Assembly: GCA_035221665.1 (NCBI GenBank)
Contig: CM069137.1
Location: 25,420,001-25,484,000 of the forward strand
DNA length: 64,000 nt
Origin: Okamejei kenojei
Taxonomy: Eukaryota
Direction of reading: 5' to 3'
Shown here: one piece after another, positions 36,881-50,945 of the stretch
How the letters are laid out: the number at the start of each line of letters is the position of its first letter
How positions within the stretch are numbered: position 1 is the first letter of the stretch
Position numbers and translations under genes: made by a program
The notes under the pieces: model-generated
Seen by the model: only the letters and a program-made list of their open reading frames with translations
Database searches by the model: none
Told to the model about the DNA's origin: nothing

Positions 36881-39484
36881 GTAAAACAGTCACCTAATAT
36901 TCTCGGGAATTTCTTTCATCCTACGTGCAAAAAGCCATTTTGTGGCTCCTTGCGGACCTTCTAATTACCCATGTGAGTTCTTTACTCTTTTTTATGTTCG
37001 TCAGTTGAATGGTAGATTTATTTTAATCTAGTTCATTTTTTTAACCTCAGTTCCTCTCCATTATAAAGTAATGTCGGAAGATTTCTAGATCAAGGTAAAG
37101 TACACAATTGCAAGCTATTGTTATTGTGTTTGTTAATGACCCATGTTTATTTCTGGAGCAGAGAACTGTAGTTGAGCAAAGCATCCACCTGGTATCGCAT
37201 CATATGCAATTTTCTGTGTATAATAAAATAAAAGCTTTGTACATTTCACAGCTTTCCCAGTATCAAAAGGAAATAATCTATGAACTGACCGGTCTTCAAA
37301 TTCTCAGGACATATTAAAGAGCTTCACAGCCAAGGAATTATTATTATTGAAGTGTAGTCGTTCTTGTTATGAAGGTAAATGCAGCAAAAAGGTCCTTTAA
37401 AGATCAAATGAATTGAGTGACAAGTTAATCTGCTTTTGGTCAGGAATATTGGATATTAGGAGAACTCCCTGGTTTTGATTTGTCGATGGCATGGGATCTC
37501 TTTCATCCTTGCAGTCTTGGTTTAATATCTCATTTGAAGGATATTACCATTGACAATGGGGCACAATGGGCCAATTTTAATTAGTGCCAGGATTCCTGGT
37601 GCCACCAGAATTTGCTGGATCAGCTGAGACTGTGCAGCCGTTAGTTAGACTCGTGGTTAAAATAGTATACGCCTTTGATGAAGCCATCAGAAAACAACTC
37701 GGTGATTTAAAATTAACTTAACTTCTTTCCATTTGTGATCTTAACTTTTTCTCCACCTTCACTGTTATTACCAAATTTCAAAAGATTTCACATTGGTCCC
37801 TGTGTTGGTCTGCAATTTGTTTTGAAATCATAGTTTGTCTGACCCAGAAATTAGGAATATGAACATGTTAGTCAAATTGATTCTGAGAAACTAAATGGTA
37901 TTACCCACAAGTGTTATCTTTCACTCAGTTTTGACGTGCCACTTATTATATGGCATAAAGTAGAGGCAAGTATGTGTCCACTGACCTGTCAGTGGGGAAC
38001 TCCATAATTTGTGATATTTTCTTGCTGATACAGATATAGTTGTGACCATTGTAAAGCTAATTAGTTTGGAGTCTATTTGTAATTGAGATCATAAAAAAAA
38101 CATGAGGATATGAGGCAAGGCTGGGCCATACAACTCTTAAAGGCTTGTTTGATCATTCTGTGTTACGGATGATCCTACAACTCGTTAATTTTCCCAACTA
38201 AACCCCATGTCTTCTGGTCCCTTGGTGTCCAGATAGATCTCCAGTTTAAATGTATTCAACAGATTAAAATTCTGGAGTACATTTTTTTTTTGGAACTCTA
38301 TACACCAGAAGGCCACAAGTAAATTTCAACAATTTACTTGCATTCTTTTGTGGTAAACAATTAAAAAAAAAAAAAAAATCCAAAGAAATGTCCAAAGTTA
38401 ATTACAGGCAGTTTTACAAAACTGAGATTGGGCCCGGGGTTGTCCATAGTTGAAACAGATTTATTTGAGGCTCTGTATATGCTGGCTAATTTAAGATGAA
38501 AAATGGGCCTAAAGGAGTTTCTGACCTTTATTTTTTATGACCTCAATAAATAATTAGTAAGGGAATCATTTGGCACAATCTTAAACTTGCATGTAAGGTT
38601 TTCTCACAACACCATCTACAGGTGTAAGTCAAGCAGAATCTTATGCCACCTGCAGACTGTAGTATATTATAATCCAAGTAGATAATACACCAGCCTAAGT
38701 ACAGCACAGATTTCCCTGAATGGTGATTCACAAAAAATTATAATGCTATAAACACTTTATAGCTGTTTATTTTAATTGTGTACAATAATAAATCTTCCGC
38801 ATCCAGGCTTTGCTATGCATGTCACATAATGCGAATCTCTGAATCACCTTAGAAAATTATTATGTACATGTTGGGTAAATAACATTTTACTTCTGCCACA
38901 TGAATTGACTCAGAATTGGCTCTGAGTAGTTCCTCCAAGCAATTATATTCACGGTGTCCTCTGCTGACATAAACTGATAGTGATGAAGTACAGTTGCCCG
39001 ATTAAACCAAAGGCAACTTATTGTTAGTTAAAACTGAATGAAAGATTTTAAAGTTATAATTATTGATAAGTTAGGTTTCACAGGCAGATGAGGAAACGGA
39101 GAGTGCCAGAAAATTGTATCGCCTGCCTCCCAATCATCCAGCAACTCAAGGAGATTAGTGAGCTAAAGTGCTTGTCTAACATTTTAATGATTCCTGTTCT
39201 TCGTCTATTGTGGACAAATGTTTATACCTTATATAAACTGTCATCATATCGTTGCTAACTCCCCTTCACTTTGGCAAAGGTCCTGATTCCCAATGCAGGG
39301 AAAAGCCTTTAAGTGTCTTTAGAGTAGATTGTAGAGAAGTAAAACAAAGCTTCTCGTAATAATATTTCCCGTGTCATAAGTTATCTCAGGAAAAGTTTGC
39401 TTCCAGGAAAGACTTATTTGATAGTGTCATCAGTAATCAATTCTAATGAAAGTGGCAAAGAAGAATTAATAAACAGATGCCTAC

Positions 39485-39583
39485 CTCTTTTCTCCACGGC
39501 CTCAATGCAAAGTTTCACAAATTTTGGAACAGTGCCTCCCTCGCGTTTGCACAGTGTAGCCAGGTGGCAGCCAAATACTCGAT
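39485..39583 (-). CDS. ARHGAP15: Internal coding exon of a RhoGAP gene (start of RhoGAP domain), most likely ARHGAP15 (ARHGAP9/12/15/27 family)
   Basis: Minus strand reads TTATATTATTTCATAG|ATCGAGTATTTGGC...GAGAAAAGAG|GTAGGC: canonical AG/GT, 99 bp, phase 1-1. Translation (D)RVFGCHLATLCKREGGTVPKFVKLCIEAVEKR(G) matches the FG-x-L...VP-x-FV-x-x-CI-x-x-VE-x-x-G RhoGAP start. The CIEAVEKRG ending resembles ARHGAP15; the TVPKFVKLC middle resembles ARHGAP12. Flanking exons not found in the window. Confidence 0.8.
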
Positions 39584-40164
39584 CTATGAAATAATATAAA
39601 CACATAGCTTGAATCAATCGTAAGACAATAGCTTTGGTAATAATGCTAGATCTTTTTTCTGCTTCTCAAGGTAAGTTATCTTTTTCTAGTATTAGCTTTA
39701 TAATCATCTCTCCAAATCAGCAGAAATGTTACCACTGAATTGATGGATATTAATAAATATATGAAAATGCAAAGCAATTACTGCTAGCGTACTGAGCAAT
39801 TTAACTAAATAGTAGCTGGATCCATAAAACTATTATAAAGCTAGTTACAGTCCTTTTTTTCTGTTTTTGATTCTATCATATATTACTGCCCATATGATTA
39901 TGGAAGTTGTTACATAGATATTGCAGTAAGACACATTGACAGTGGAAAAAAACAGTACACGAAGATAATGTTGTTTCAAAATAAAATGTCAGTGCTTAAA
40001 TGCTTGTATATGATGCAACATTTAGCATGAAGTAATTTTGAATTATTTTTGATTAAAAACATAAAACAAGAATTCTATTCTTATCAGATATCAAAGATTT
40101 ATAGCAATGGCATCAAGCAATAGAATAACTAATGAATAAAAAAAAACATATCTGATGGTCTTGT

Positions 40165-40530
40165 GATAGACCCTTCTTCAGACTGAGAGTCAGGGGAGAG
40201 GGAGAATTGAGGTATGAAAAGGTTCAGAACAAATCAGAGCCAGAACCGATGACCAAAGGAATGTGAGGCCACAATGGTCCATTGTTGGGTGTGGAAGTGG
40301 TTATAACGAAGGGATATATGGATGCAAGCATTGGAACTAGCAAGCTGATGAGATTGGGGGAAGGGCGGAGATTGAGGGAATGTAAGGGTAACATGGTCAG
40401 AGATATCAATATTCATACCACTGGGGTGTGAGCTGGGAATGGGAGTTAAAATATTGGCAACTGGGAGATTGTGTAATCTAAGGCGGACTGAGCGTAGGTA
40501 TTCAGCAAAATGATCGCACAATCTGCGCAT
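40165..40530 (-). mobile_element. Penelope-like element fragment (GIY-YIG C-terminal part plus pLTR)
   Basis: ORF RRLCDHFAEYLRSVR...LPVAN...GMNIDIS; gacccttcttcagact. Confidence 0.75.
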
Positions 40531-40875
40531 ATGATTGCTTGAAGTTTACCAAGTCTGGAGGAGTTAAAGCTGCGACAATGGGCTGAATGCATCTCTGAGA
40601 TGTAGAGATATTAAAATAAATAAAGTAGCCAATACTTCAGATGGAATTACTTGTATTATCATTGTTGTGAAGTACATCATTAATAATAATTTGTTTTAAC
40701 TGCAGATGCTGGAAATATGAAATAAAACAAAAAGTGCGGGAAATACTTAGTGGGTCAGGCAGCATCGATGGAAGGAGCACTGGAGTTCAAGTTGAAGACA
40801 CCAATGAAGTGTCTCCAACCAGAAAGGTTAACTTTGTCTCTTTTTCTACAGATGCTGCCTGACCTGTTGTATGCT

Positions 40876-41755
40876 TCAAGTCAAGTCAAGTTTATTTGTC
40901 ACATACGCATACAAGATGTGCAGTGAAATAAAAAGTGGCAATGCTTGCGGATTGTGCAAAAAAAACCCCTACAAAACAGATTGGAACAGAATCAGTAATT
41001 ACATATTGGTGGGAGGGAAAAAAAAAGAAAAAAACAGCAATTTTATAAAGACACCACACAACAGTAAATTGGTACAGTAAGTTAGTCTGTGGTGAGATAG
41101 GAGTTTACAGTCCTAATGGCCTCTGGGAAGAAACTCCTTCTCATCCTCTCTGTTTTCACAGCATGACAACAGAGGCGTTTGCCTGACCGAAGCAGCTGGA
41201 ACAGTCTGTTGCTGGGGTGGAAGGGGTCCCCCATGATCTTGTTGGCTCTGGATTTGCACCTTCTGATGTATAGTTCCTGCAGAGGGGCGAGTGAAGTTCC
41301 CATAGTGCTTTCGGCTGAACACACTACTCTCTGCAGAGCCTTCTTGTCCTGGGCAGAGCAGTTCCCAAACCAAATTGTGATGTTTCCGGACAAGATGCTT
41401 TCCATAGCCACTGAGTAGAAGCACTGGAGGATCCTCGAAGACACTCTGAATTTCCTCAATTGCCTGAGGTGGTAAAGGCGCTGCCTTGCCTTACTCAGCA
41501 GTGCAGCAGCGTGTGATGTGGACTCCCAGGTATTTAAAGCAGTTCACCCTGTCTATAGTATCCCCATTTATCTTCAATGGTGTGTACATCCTCGGATGTT
41601 GTGCCCTCCTAAAGTTCACGATCAGCTCCTTAGCTTTTTTGACATTCAAGAGGGGGCTGCTGTCCTGACACCAGAGTGCCAGATCAGCCACCTCCTCTCG
41701 ATAGGCCTTCTCATTGTTATCGGAGATCAGGCCCACCACCACAGTGTCATCAGCA
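40876..41755 (-). mobile_element. Rex1/Babar-type LINE 3' fragment
   Basis: ORFs VVGLISDNNEKAYREEV...FKYLGVHI and ESILSGNITIWFGN...LQRVV; (gactt)n tail at 40876-40890. Confidence 0.85.
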
Positions 41756-42928
41756 TGTACTGTTCATCATTGTACAGCATGTTCATCATTTTATTTTGTA
41801 TGTATTCATGGTAATCTCCAATTCCAGGTTTACTTTGACACCTTGCAAATTCAATATCATCCAAAATCTGCTGCTCACATCTAACATACCAAGGTCAATT
41901 TGCTGTTTCTCATGTGCTTGTTGACTGACTCTGGCTCCTGTTTAAGCGCGTCTTTATTTTATTCTAGTTTTGGCCTTGGTTTATTATTGTCACGTGCCAA
42001 AATACAATGAAAACCTTGTTTTCCAGATTATTGGGACAGATCATACCTATACACGAGTGCAATCATACTACAAATGAGTACAACAGGTAATTCAAAAAAG
42101 AAAATAAACAGAATGCAGAATATAGTGTTTCTGCGACAAAGTGAACATTAAAAAAGTGCAAGAGCCTAACAAACTAGATAGGAGGATTGGGAATACATCT
42201 TTAGCATATGAGAGGCCCGTTCAAGAATCAGATAACAGCAGGGAAGAAACAGTTCTTGAATATGGCTGTTGCACCCCACACAGAGTTCCTTCCATTTCAT
42301 CCCATCAATATTCCTTTCCATTCCATTGCTCCAAATGACGTATGCAGTTTCCATTCAAAATAATTCATACTGTTGTTCTCGAGTCATTCTTTGATTGTGT
42401 CCTCCACATTCAAAACATTCTCTCAGTAATTGAGCACCACCTGAATTCCTAACTAGATTAGTAATTATCCTATATTTTTGATCAGGCATATTGAATTCAC
42501 CCGCTAATTGGAAACATCTTCTCTACAACTATCCTATTGGGCGCACTTCATGATTTTAAAGATAGATTTTTTTGTCACAATATTATAATTAATTACAATA
42601 AGCAAATTTTAATGTACCTAAATATATTTTGTATACCTTGCTTGTTTCAGGTTAAGAATTTAATGGTTTGCTGTGTAAAGTTTCAAGCAATTTATCTATC
42701 TATCAATAAATGGATTTAAATATGGATATTCATATGTTACAGATGTTAATGAGTTCATTTTTCTTGCTTACAGTGAGGCGTGGGAGCTAATCTGGAATAG
42801 TATGTCTGAGTTCTGAACTAGCAAACGCCAATAACAAAAATACTGCAGATGCTGGAAAACTGAAATAAACGAAAACCAGAAACCAGAGCTGTTTCTGATG
42901 AAATAATTCTCCTTGTCCTTCTGTATTT

Positions 42929-43021
42929 AATAGGCATGATATTAATTATATTAATTTCGAAGTTTGGTAAAGAAAAATAGGCATGATATTAATTATATTA
43001 ATTTCAAACTTTGGTAAAGAA
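42929..43021. repeat. 47-bp tandem duplication
   Basis: aataggcatgatattaattatattaatttc(g/a)aa(g/c)tttggtaaagaa twice. Confidence 0.9.
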
Positions 43022-44904
43022 TATTCTGCATATCAAGGCAAGACCCCACATTATTTTGGAATCAGCGCTGTACCCTTTCCAATGAACTTCAGTTTATCAT
43101 CCTCTGAGCAAAATAAGATGGTTGGTTTAAACATAACAACTGCATCTCACCTTTCAGCAAGAGTGATCAATGGTGTTAAGGTGTAATTGGAGCCGGAAGT
43201 TAGATCTTTTGTTGTTTGTTAACAACAAATTTGGAAAGGAAGAACTCTAGAACTTTAAGGTGCACTTGGATATAGATTTTGCAAGCATTTTTTGATGAAA
43301 TCTGTGTTGTGTATGAGATAAAGATTAAAATCTACAACACTTCTGACTTAACTTTTTTCAGCAGTTCTGCATATCAAGGCAAGACCCCACATTATTTTGA
43401 AATCAACGCTGTAACCTTTCCAATGAACTTCAGCATTGGAGAAAGGCAAAGGCTAGGCAAAAGATTTATATTGCTACAAATTTCTCCTGGTTTCAAAGAG
43501 ACCCAATATATCCAGCATGCTGAAGCTTGAAATATTTTAATTTTCAAAATAGTGGATATAAAATCTTGCTGAGGATTCAAAGAGAGATTTCACTTGTAAT
43601 ATTTTCTGTGGATAGCTAGCAACACAGTTATGAAATCCAATTTCAAGTTTGAGGATCTGATAACTTTGGCACTAACCAAGTGCCTGTGTCTCCCTTAATC
43701 CCAGCTAACAAAGGAGTCAGCAATCAGAACCATTATGTGCAGCCGCTATAGTAGACAGGTGTCTAGGGCAGAATTTTGTGTTCGCTACACTCAGTTGGTC
43801 TGATTCTTGCTTTAAAGCAGAAAATAGCACTCACATTTTGCATCTTATTTTGAGTGTTAGTTGTAATTGCAGAGAGAAAGGATTGATAGGTACGAGGCAT
43901 GTGGATCGCACACTGTGTCATTTTTAGAGTTCACGGAGTTTCTTTAGAACATGCCAAACATTTTTGTGCCCAGGGAGCAGCTAGTCATATGTCACAACTT
44001 TCAATAGGGCAACAAAGTTTTAAAACAACAAAATGTCTTCATGGCCATTCAATGCAGGAATAGTCTACAAGATATTGTGCAGTTCTTGAAACAAAATGAT
44101 GCTCCATTTAGAATACTGTACTGCAGTTCCTTAACACGTTCCTAATCAGTTTCCTTGACTTGCAAAAATGGGCTAGTGGAGATCGCAAAATCACAAGTCA
44201 ATTTTTTTTAACTTAAGTTACCATTAAATTCCCCAAATTAAATGTCTGCAAAATGTACATTGAAATAAATAAATGTTTATATTTGAATTGAATGATTTGG
44301 CTCCCTCCTTTGGACAATTTTGTTACAGATGAATTAGTGCTGCGTGTGACAAACTCAGCTTTTACATTAATCTGAAGATTCTTTTTTTAAATTTCTTATG
44401 CAAGACATCAGGTTAATATTAAATAAAAATTGTCCCAGGGACACAGTTAACTGAAGATCAAGTTTTTCCAGGTTGTAGCAAGATACAACTTGTGGCTACA
44501 TCCAAATGATTACATTGTTGCCAATAGGACATATCAAACAACATTTTATTCTGCTAAGGTAACAACTAACCATTTAAAAACTGAAAAGTGAGCACTGCAG
44601 AATAACTCCACTACTCACGAGAAGGAGGACGTTTATCCTCCAAATATTTGCGTTCTTGAAAAATGCATTTCTTCTCCTATTTCTCTGCATTGACAGTTAC
44701 ATCTTCACTGACAAGCATGCTCCTTTCACATACTCTATGTTCAGGATTTTTGAGGAGCTGGAGAGTTCATTGTTCTTCTGCCTGCCCAGCTGCAGTGATT
44801 TCTAGGCATTTATCAACAATGAGCTCCAAACAGTGTTGAATTGAACTTATGCTTAAAGTCTCATGTAACCCCTGTGGTGTTATTTTTTCCTATTTTGCCC
44901 ATGG

Positions 44905-45340
44905 ATCAGGTTTATTATTGTCATGTTTACCAAGGTACAATGAAAAGCTTTGTTTTGCATTCAATCTAACCAAATCAGATAATACTTTCCAAAAACCCAA
45001 TCAAGCCAAACTTGAGTACAATAGATAGTGTCAAGAGAAAGATACAGAGTGCAGAATGTACAGTAGTTCTCAGCATTGTGGCACAACAGTTCCAGAGACA
45101 AAATCAAATTACTGCAATGAGGTAGAGAGGAATTAGACTGTACCCAAGCTTATAGAAGAACCATTTAGAAGCAGGATAACAGAGGAAAATAAGCTATTTC
45201 CGAGTCTGGTGTTGCCTGCTTTCATGTTACTATCTTCTGCCCGAAGGGAGCAGGAAGTAGAAGGAATGAAATGGGTAGGAAAGGTCTTTGATTATGTTGC
45301 TGGCTTTCCAAGGGAGTGTGAAGTGTAGACGGAGTCACAT
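44905..45340 (-). mobile_element. Old LINE 3' fragment (Rex1/L2-like), related to 41975-42275
   Basis: Both copies share gtttattattgtca(c/t)gt...atgaaaa.ct..gatAACAG.gg.aa.aa blocks. Confidence 0.5.
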
Positions 45341-48217
45341 CTTTGTAGCTAAATTTTCAAAGGTAAAAGTAGACCTTTTTACTTGCTCTTGAATAAGTCC
45401 AGTTTATTAGATTATTTTGATTACGGATCTCAGGATCAGATATAAAGAAGAGTGAGCAACTTAAAACAAAAATCCTGTGATTTTTCTGGGAATAATTATA
45501 TTTTATGTTTCTTTTTTATTTTTATATACTAATTGGTGGTTTCCTTTGATTTGCTTTAAAATAAATTTCTAAAATTTTGAACCCTAGTATTAATAAGAAT
45601 CCAGCAGTGTGACATTCTATGTTATGATACTCCGTCTTATTGTATGAGATGTCAGGCAGCCCCAATACATCGATTCACTCAAGTAGACAGATACCTACCT
45701 TCAAGCATTATGAACCATAACTAATAGTTTCCGCTTTTGCAGTAGTGAGTTAAACCACTTCACAACAGAGCCACTGCTACAATTAGTTTCACTAATGCCA
45801 AGTAATGTAGCTTTAACAGAAAAATGATTTTGTCAGCAATAATCTTGGTGCCATCAATCCCAATGTCAAGGCAGTTCTTTTTCCATTCATTGCGTTTACT
45901 TTATACCCACGGAAAATTAGAAACTATATTAAGACATAATATAATATTTGGTTACTGATGCTCAGAACATTCTGTCTTAATGAAAATTTCATATTCTACG
46001 AACAAAATTAAAGAGAACCTCCATTAAGCAGTATTTGAGTTGAATCAAGATTTGAATGAGTGGGAGATGAACATGATGCTCTATTGAATGTGAATCAAGA
46101 TCATAATAAATATGTTAAGTGAGGAAGTTCTACCTTTTATGGAATTTTAAGGACCACTCTAATTGAGCAATAATAAATTTGATAATGGTATAGCATACTG
46201 TAATGGTCATGATACGTTTTAGCAAGCCATGGTTATTTTGGCAGGATGTGAAGCTGATACCACAAAATGACCTTGATTAGCTAAAATTAATCATTGTTCC
46301 ACATTTCATCTACTGCTTTAATGATCTGAAAGTGCAAGGAAAAGTATTTCAAAATTATATGTCTATTCTGTTCCGATGTCCTTTAACTTTCCTTTTGAAC
46401 AATATGTTTACAACAGCTTTCATATATAGGGGTTTAAGTAAAATGCCCTGCCTTCAAAAAATGTAATAACTTCTTCACAAAAAATATTTATTTGCCAAAT
46501 ATGCTGAAAGATGTATCTCTGAGTTATCAAGCAATCATCTAATTTTATTTTCACTCCACTAAGGAGAAAATTCATTAGATTTATTTTCTTAAATACAATC
46601 TATCCTTCATTTTTAAAAGGTGTTACAACCAATTAATTTCTTGCTGTTGTCCCACTTTATTAGAAAATACTGAGAAATTACATATGAGGATAACATTAAG
46701 TTTAATATCAGATACCAGTGAATATCAATAATGTAAGCGTAGCTTCACTTTGAGAGTTGAATTTTCAGTAGACTGGTTAATTTTCTGCGAGTGTTTTAGG
46801 TAATTGTATAGCTTAATGAAAGTTCTAAACTGGCGTATTTTACTTGACTAAACCAACTTCTCATAACTTATTTAAAGAATGTCACACCCAATGGGCACTT
46901 CAACAGCTAACTTTTACATATGTGGACTCGCACATAGTATATGAAATAAAGGACGAGTTAATTTGGTGGCATTTTAATCAGTATCAATATTGGGAAAAAT
47001 GCAATTGCTATTTAAAAAAAAGTATTTGGAGAATTTCAATAATTGTGTTTGACGGGTCATTTCAATAATTGTGTTTCATCACTACACCCATTGCCACCCA
47101 TGTGAGCAAATGAGACCAGCTTGGATGGGGCATCTTGGTCAGCAAAAATTAGCTGGACCTTAGGCCCTGTAGACATGCTGTATGACTTCATGACTATGAC
47201 TCCTTCAAAACCTCCAAGCAGTACTTTATTTTGGACACATGCTGTATTTCCCTATCCCACTCTCCAGACAATTACATTTCATATTTCCCTTTATTCCTCA
47301 GCAAATCAGTGCCTTCCTGTGAACATAGATATGTTTTAGCAATATTCTTGCATACTTTAAAGAAGTGAATTGTAAATATTTTGCCATCAATTTATGCAGA
47401 ATAATATCTGGACTGTGAAAATATTACATAAGAATATTTTGAACTGTATGAACCAGACGTGGGGGATCTTAAGAAAATATTTTACATACTATTGTGCGAG
47501 GGTAATTTGCCAGGCTATCAGTGTTATTTAACATTTTGATAATAATTAATATTATTATAAAAAAATATAGCAAGCAGTTCATTGAAATAATATTGGCTTA
47601 TGGAATTTGCTTGAACTTGTATTGATATCCCAGATCATAACTGCTTATAGTTTGCCATACAGTTAGAAGAGGACAGGGCAAAAACAACATCACAGACTGA
47701 GACATGTAGATATGCCCAAGTAGGTTTGTTACAAAATGGAGGATAGTCACATTGTATGTTAATGACTAGGTATTATGGGACTTGAACACATTCCATTACT
47801 GTGGTCTCAGTGACAGAACTGATTACATGGGCCTCTGTTTATCAGTATTGAGACAGTTCAAGGTGGGTACAAAAGGTCACTAAATACCAGACACATTGTT
47901 CTAGCTTTGAGATAGTGAGCAGAATGTCTGGTAAGCATCATGGGATGACACAGAGCTGTCTCCTGAATGGTTAAACTGTCTCTTGTCTCTAATTAGAGAC
48001 CTGGTTGGGTATGCATATATTGTGTATAATCAATTATTTATATTGTCTGTAGCCAGCAGATGAACTAGAATATATATCTTTAAAATAAAAATATGCATAT
48101 TTCCTTTATTCCGTGGAAAATTTGTCTGAAATATTAATATGCGCAGGGAATTTTCCCCACTCATGATAAACAATAAACCTTTAATGGTATCATCAAATAG
48201 TTCAATGATATTGCTGT

Positions 48218-50300
48218 TGTTTAGTTTAGATATACAGTGTGGGAACAGGCACTTGATCCCACCAAGTCTGCCCTGACCAATGGTCTTCTGCACACTAGTT
48301 CTATCCTAAACACTAGGGACAATTTCCAGAAGCCAATTAACGTACAAAACCACCATCTTTGGAGTGTGGAGGAAACCGGAGTACCCGGAAAAGACCTATA
48401 CGGTCACAGGGAAAAAGTACAAACACGATGCAGACAACACCCATAGTAATAGACAATAGGTGAAGGAGTAGGCCATTTGGCGCTTCGAGCCAGCACCGCC
48501 ATTCAATGTGATCATGGCTGATCATCCCCAATCAGTACCCCATTCCTGCCTTCTCCCCATATCCCCTGACTCTGCTATTTTTAAGGGCCCTATCTAGCTC
48601 TCTCTTGAAAGCATCCAGATAACCTGCCACCACTGCCCTCTGAGGCAGAGAATTCCACAGACTCACCACTCTCTGTGGGAAAAAAGTGTTTCCTCATCTC
48701 CGTTCTAAATGGCTTACTCCTTATTCTTAAACTGTGGCCCCTGGTTCTGGACTCCTCCAACATCGGGAACATGTTTCCTGCCTCTAGCGTGTCCAAGCCC
48801 TTAACAACCTTATATGTTTCAATGAGATCCCTTCCCATTCTTCTAAACTGCAGAGTGTACATGATGAGCTGCTCCATTCTCTCAGCATATGACAGTCCCG
48901 CCATCCCGGGAATTAACCTTGTAAACCTACGCTGCACTCCCTCAATAGCAAGAATGTCCTTCCTCAAATTAGGGGAAAAAAACTGCACACAATACTCCAG
49001 GTGTGTTCTCACTAGGGCTCTGTACAACTGCAGAAGGACCTCTTTGCTCCTATATTCGATTCCTCTTGTTATAAAGGGCAACATGACATTTGCTTTCTTC
49101 ACTGCCGGCTGTACCTGCATGCTTACTTTCATAGACTGATGTACAAGGACCCCCAGATCCCGTTGTACTTCCCCTTTTGCCAACTTGACGCCATTTAGAT
49201 AGTAATCTGTCTTCCTGTTTTTGCTACCGAAGTGGATAACCTCACATTTATCCGCATTAAATCTAATCTGCCATGCATTTGCCCACTCCCCCAACCTGTC
49301 CAAGTCACCCAGCATTCTCCTCACAGTTCACGCTGCCACCCAGCTTTGTGTCATCTGCAAATTTGCTGATGTTACTTTGAATCCCTTCATCCAAATCATT
49401 GAAGTATATTGTAAATAGCTGTGGTCCCAGCACCGAGCCTTGCGGTACCCCACTAGTCACTGCCTGCCATTCTGAAAGGGACCCGTTAATCCCTACTCTT
49501 TGTTTCCTGTCTGCCAACCACTTCTCTATCCATGTCAGCACTCTACCGCCAATACCATGTGCCCTAATGTTGCCCACTAATCTCCTATGTGGAACCTTAT
49601 CAAATGCTTCCTGAAAGTCCAGGTACACTACATCCACTGGCTCTCCCATGTCCATTTTCCTAGTTACATCTTCAAAAAATTCTAGAAGATTAGTCAAGCA
49701 TGATTTCCCCTTCGTAAATCCATGCTGCCTTGGACTGATCCTGTTACTGCTATCCAAATGTGCGGCTATCTCATCTTTTATAATTGACTCCAGCATCTTC
49801 CCCACCACCGATGTCAGGATAACTGGTCTATAATTCCCCGTTTTCTCTCTCCCGCCTTTCTTAAAAAGCGGGATAACATTAGCTACCGTCCAATCCACAG
49901 GAACTGATCATGAGTATATAGAACATTGGAAAATTATCAGCAATGCATCCACGATTTCTTGAGTCACTTCCTTAAGTACCCTGGGATGCAGACTATCATG
50001 CCCTGGGGGTTTATTAGCCTTCAGTCCCATCAGTCTATCCAACAGCATTTCATGCCCAATGTGGATTTCCTTCAGTTCCTCTGTCACCCCAGATCCTCTG
50101 GCCACTACTATATCAGGAAGATTGTTTGTGTCCTCCTTAGTGAAGATGACCCAAAGTACCCGTTCAACTCATCTGTCATTTCCTTGTTCCCCATAATAAA
50201 TTCACCTTTTTCGCTCTTCAAGGGGCCAACTAGTCAAGGTTGAACCAGGGTCTCAAGCATTGTAAGACAGCAATTTTTTCTCTGCATCATTGTGCCACCA
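48218..50300 (-). mobile_element. V-SINE split by a CR1 insertion (SINE parts 48218-48447 and 50231-50300)
   Basis: ...acaacacccatagt | CR1 | tagtcaaggttgaaccagggtctc... rejoins into a contiguous SINE. Confidence 0.85.
48448..50230 (-). mobile_element. 5'-truncated CR1 LINE (RT), frameshifted
   Basis: ORFs 49908..50105, 49305..49898 and 48590..49324 with [23 protein letters not shown]; 4-bp tagt duplication. Confidence 0.95.
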
Positions 50301-50789
50301 CTGTGATAGCAAATACATTAAAATAAGGCATTTTAAATATGGCCTGAGCATTGCAAGTTAACATTTGCTTCTAAATGATTGTTATCATATGATATCTATC
50401 TCATTTCATATTCATATTTTAAAATGATTTCCCAATCTCTTGATCAGGGGACAATTATGTTGAATTAGAAGATAGAACTGGGACAGGAGAAAAACAAAAT
50501 TACGCACTGATACTTAAATCATTATACAGCTAAATTGTTCAGCTCACAACTTAATGATTGAATTTACTACACCAATGTTATTAAGTGTTTTCGACCACAT
50601 GCAGAATTAGTGCCAATTGTAATTGGCGGAATTAGTACCAAGGTTCGGGATCACACTGCTCTTTGACTGCATATGATTATTTATAATATCTCCAGTACAA
50701 TAGCAACAAAAACAGCGATCATGTAAATATAGGTTTATAAAACCTGCAAAAGTTTTGTGGACTATCCCACTTCTGCATCTCTTAATTAC

Positions 50790-50945
50790 CAAAAAAAAAA
50801 CCCACTGTGCTGGAATCAGACTGAAAAAGGGTCCCGACCTGAAATATCGCCTATCCATGCTCATTAGGGATGCCGCCTGATGTGCTGCGTTACTCTAGCA
50901 TTTTGTGTCGTTTTTTTGTAAACCAGCATCTGTAGTTCCTTGTTT
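50790..50945 (+). mobile_element. Penelope-like pLTR with degenerate hammerhead motif
   Basis: ctgaaaaagggtcccgacctgaaatatc...gatgccgcctg...ccagcatctgtagttcc. Confidence 0.65.

Noticed and set aside
44611-44680. Minus-strand donor-like GTGAGTAG with a short open frame (KCIFQERKYLEDKRPPS)
   Set aside because: In-frame stop just upstream, no pyrimidine-rich acceptor, no RhoGAP/PH similarity.
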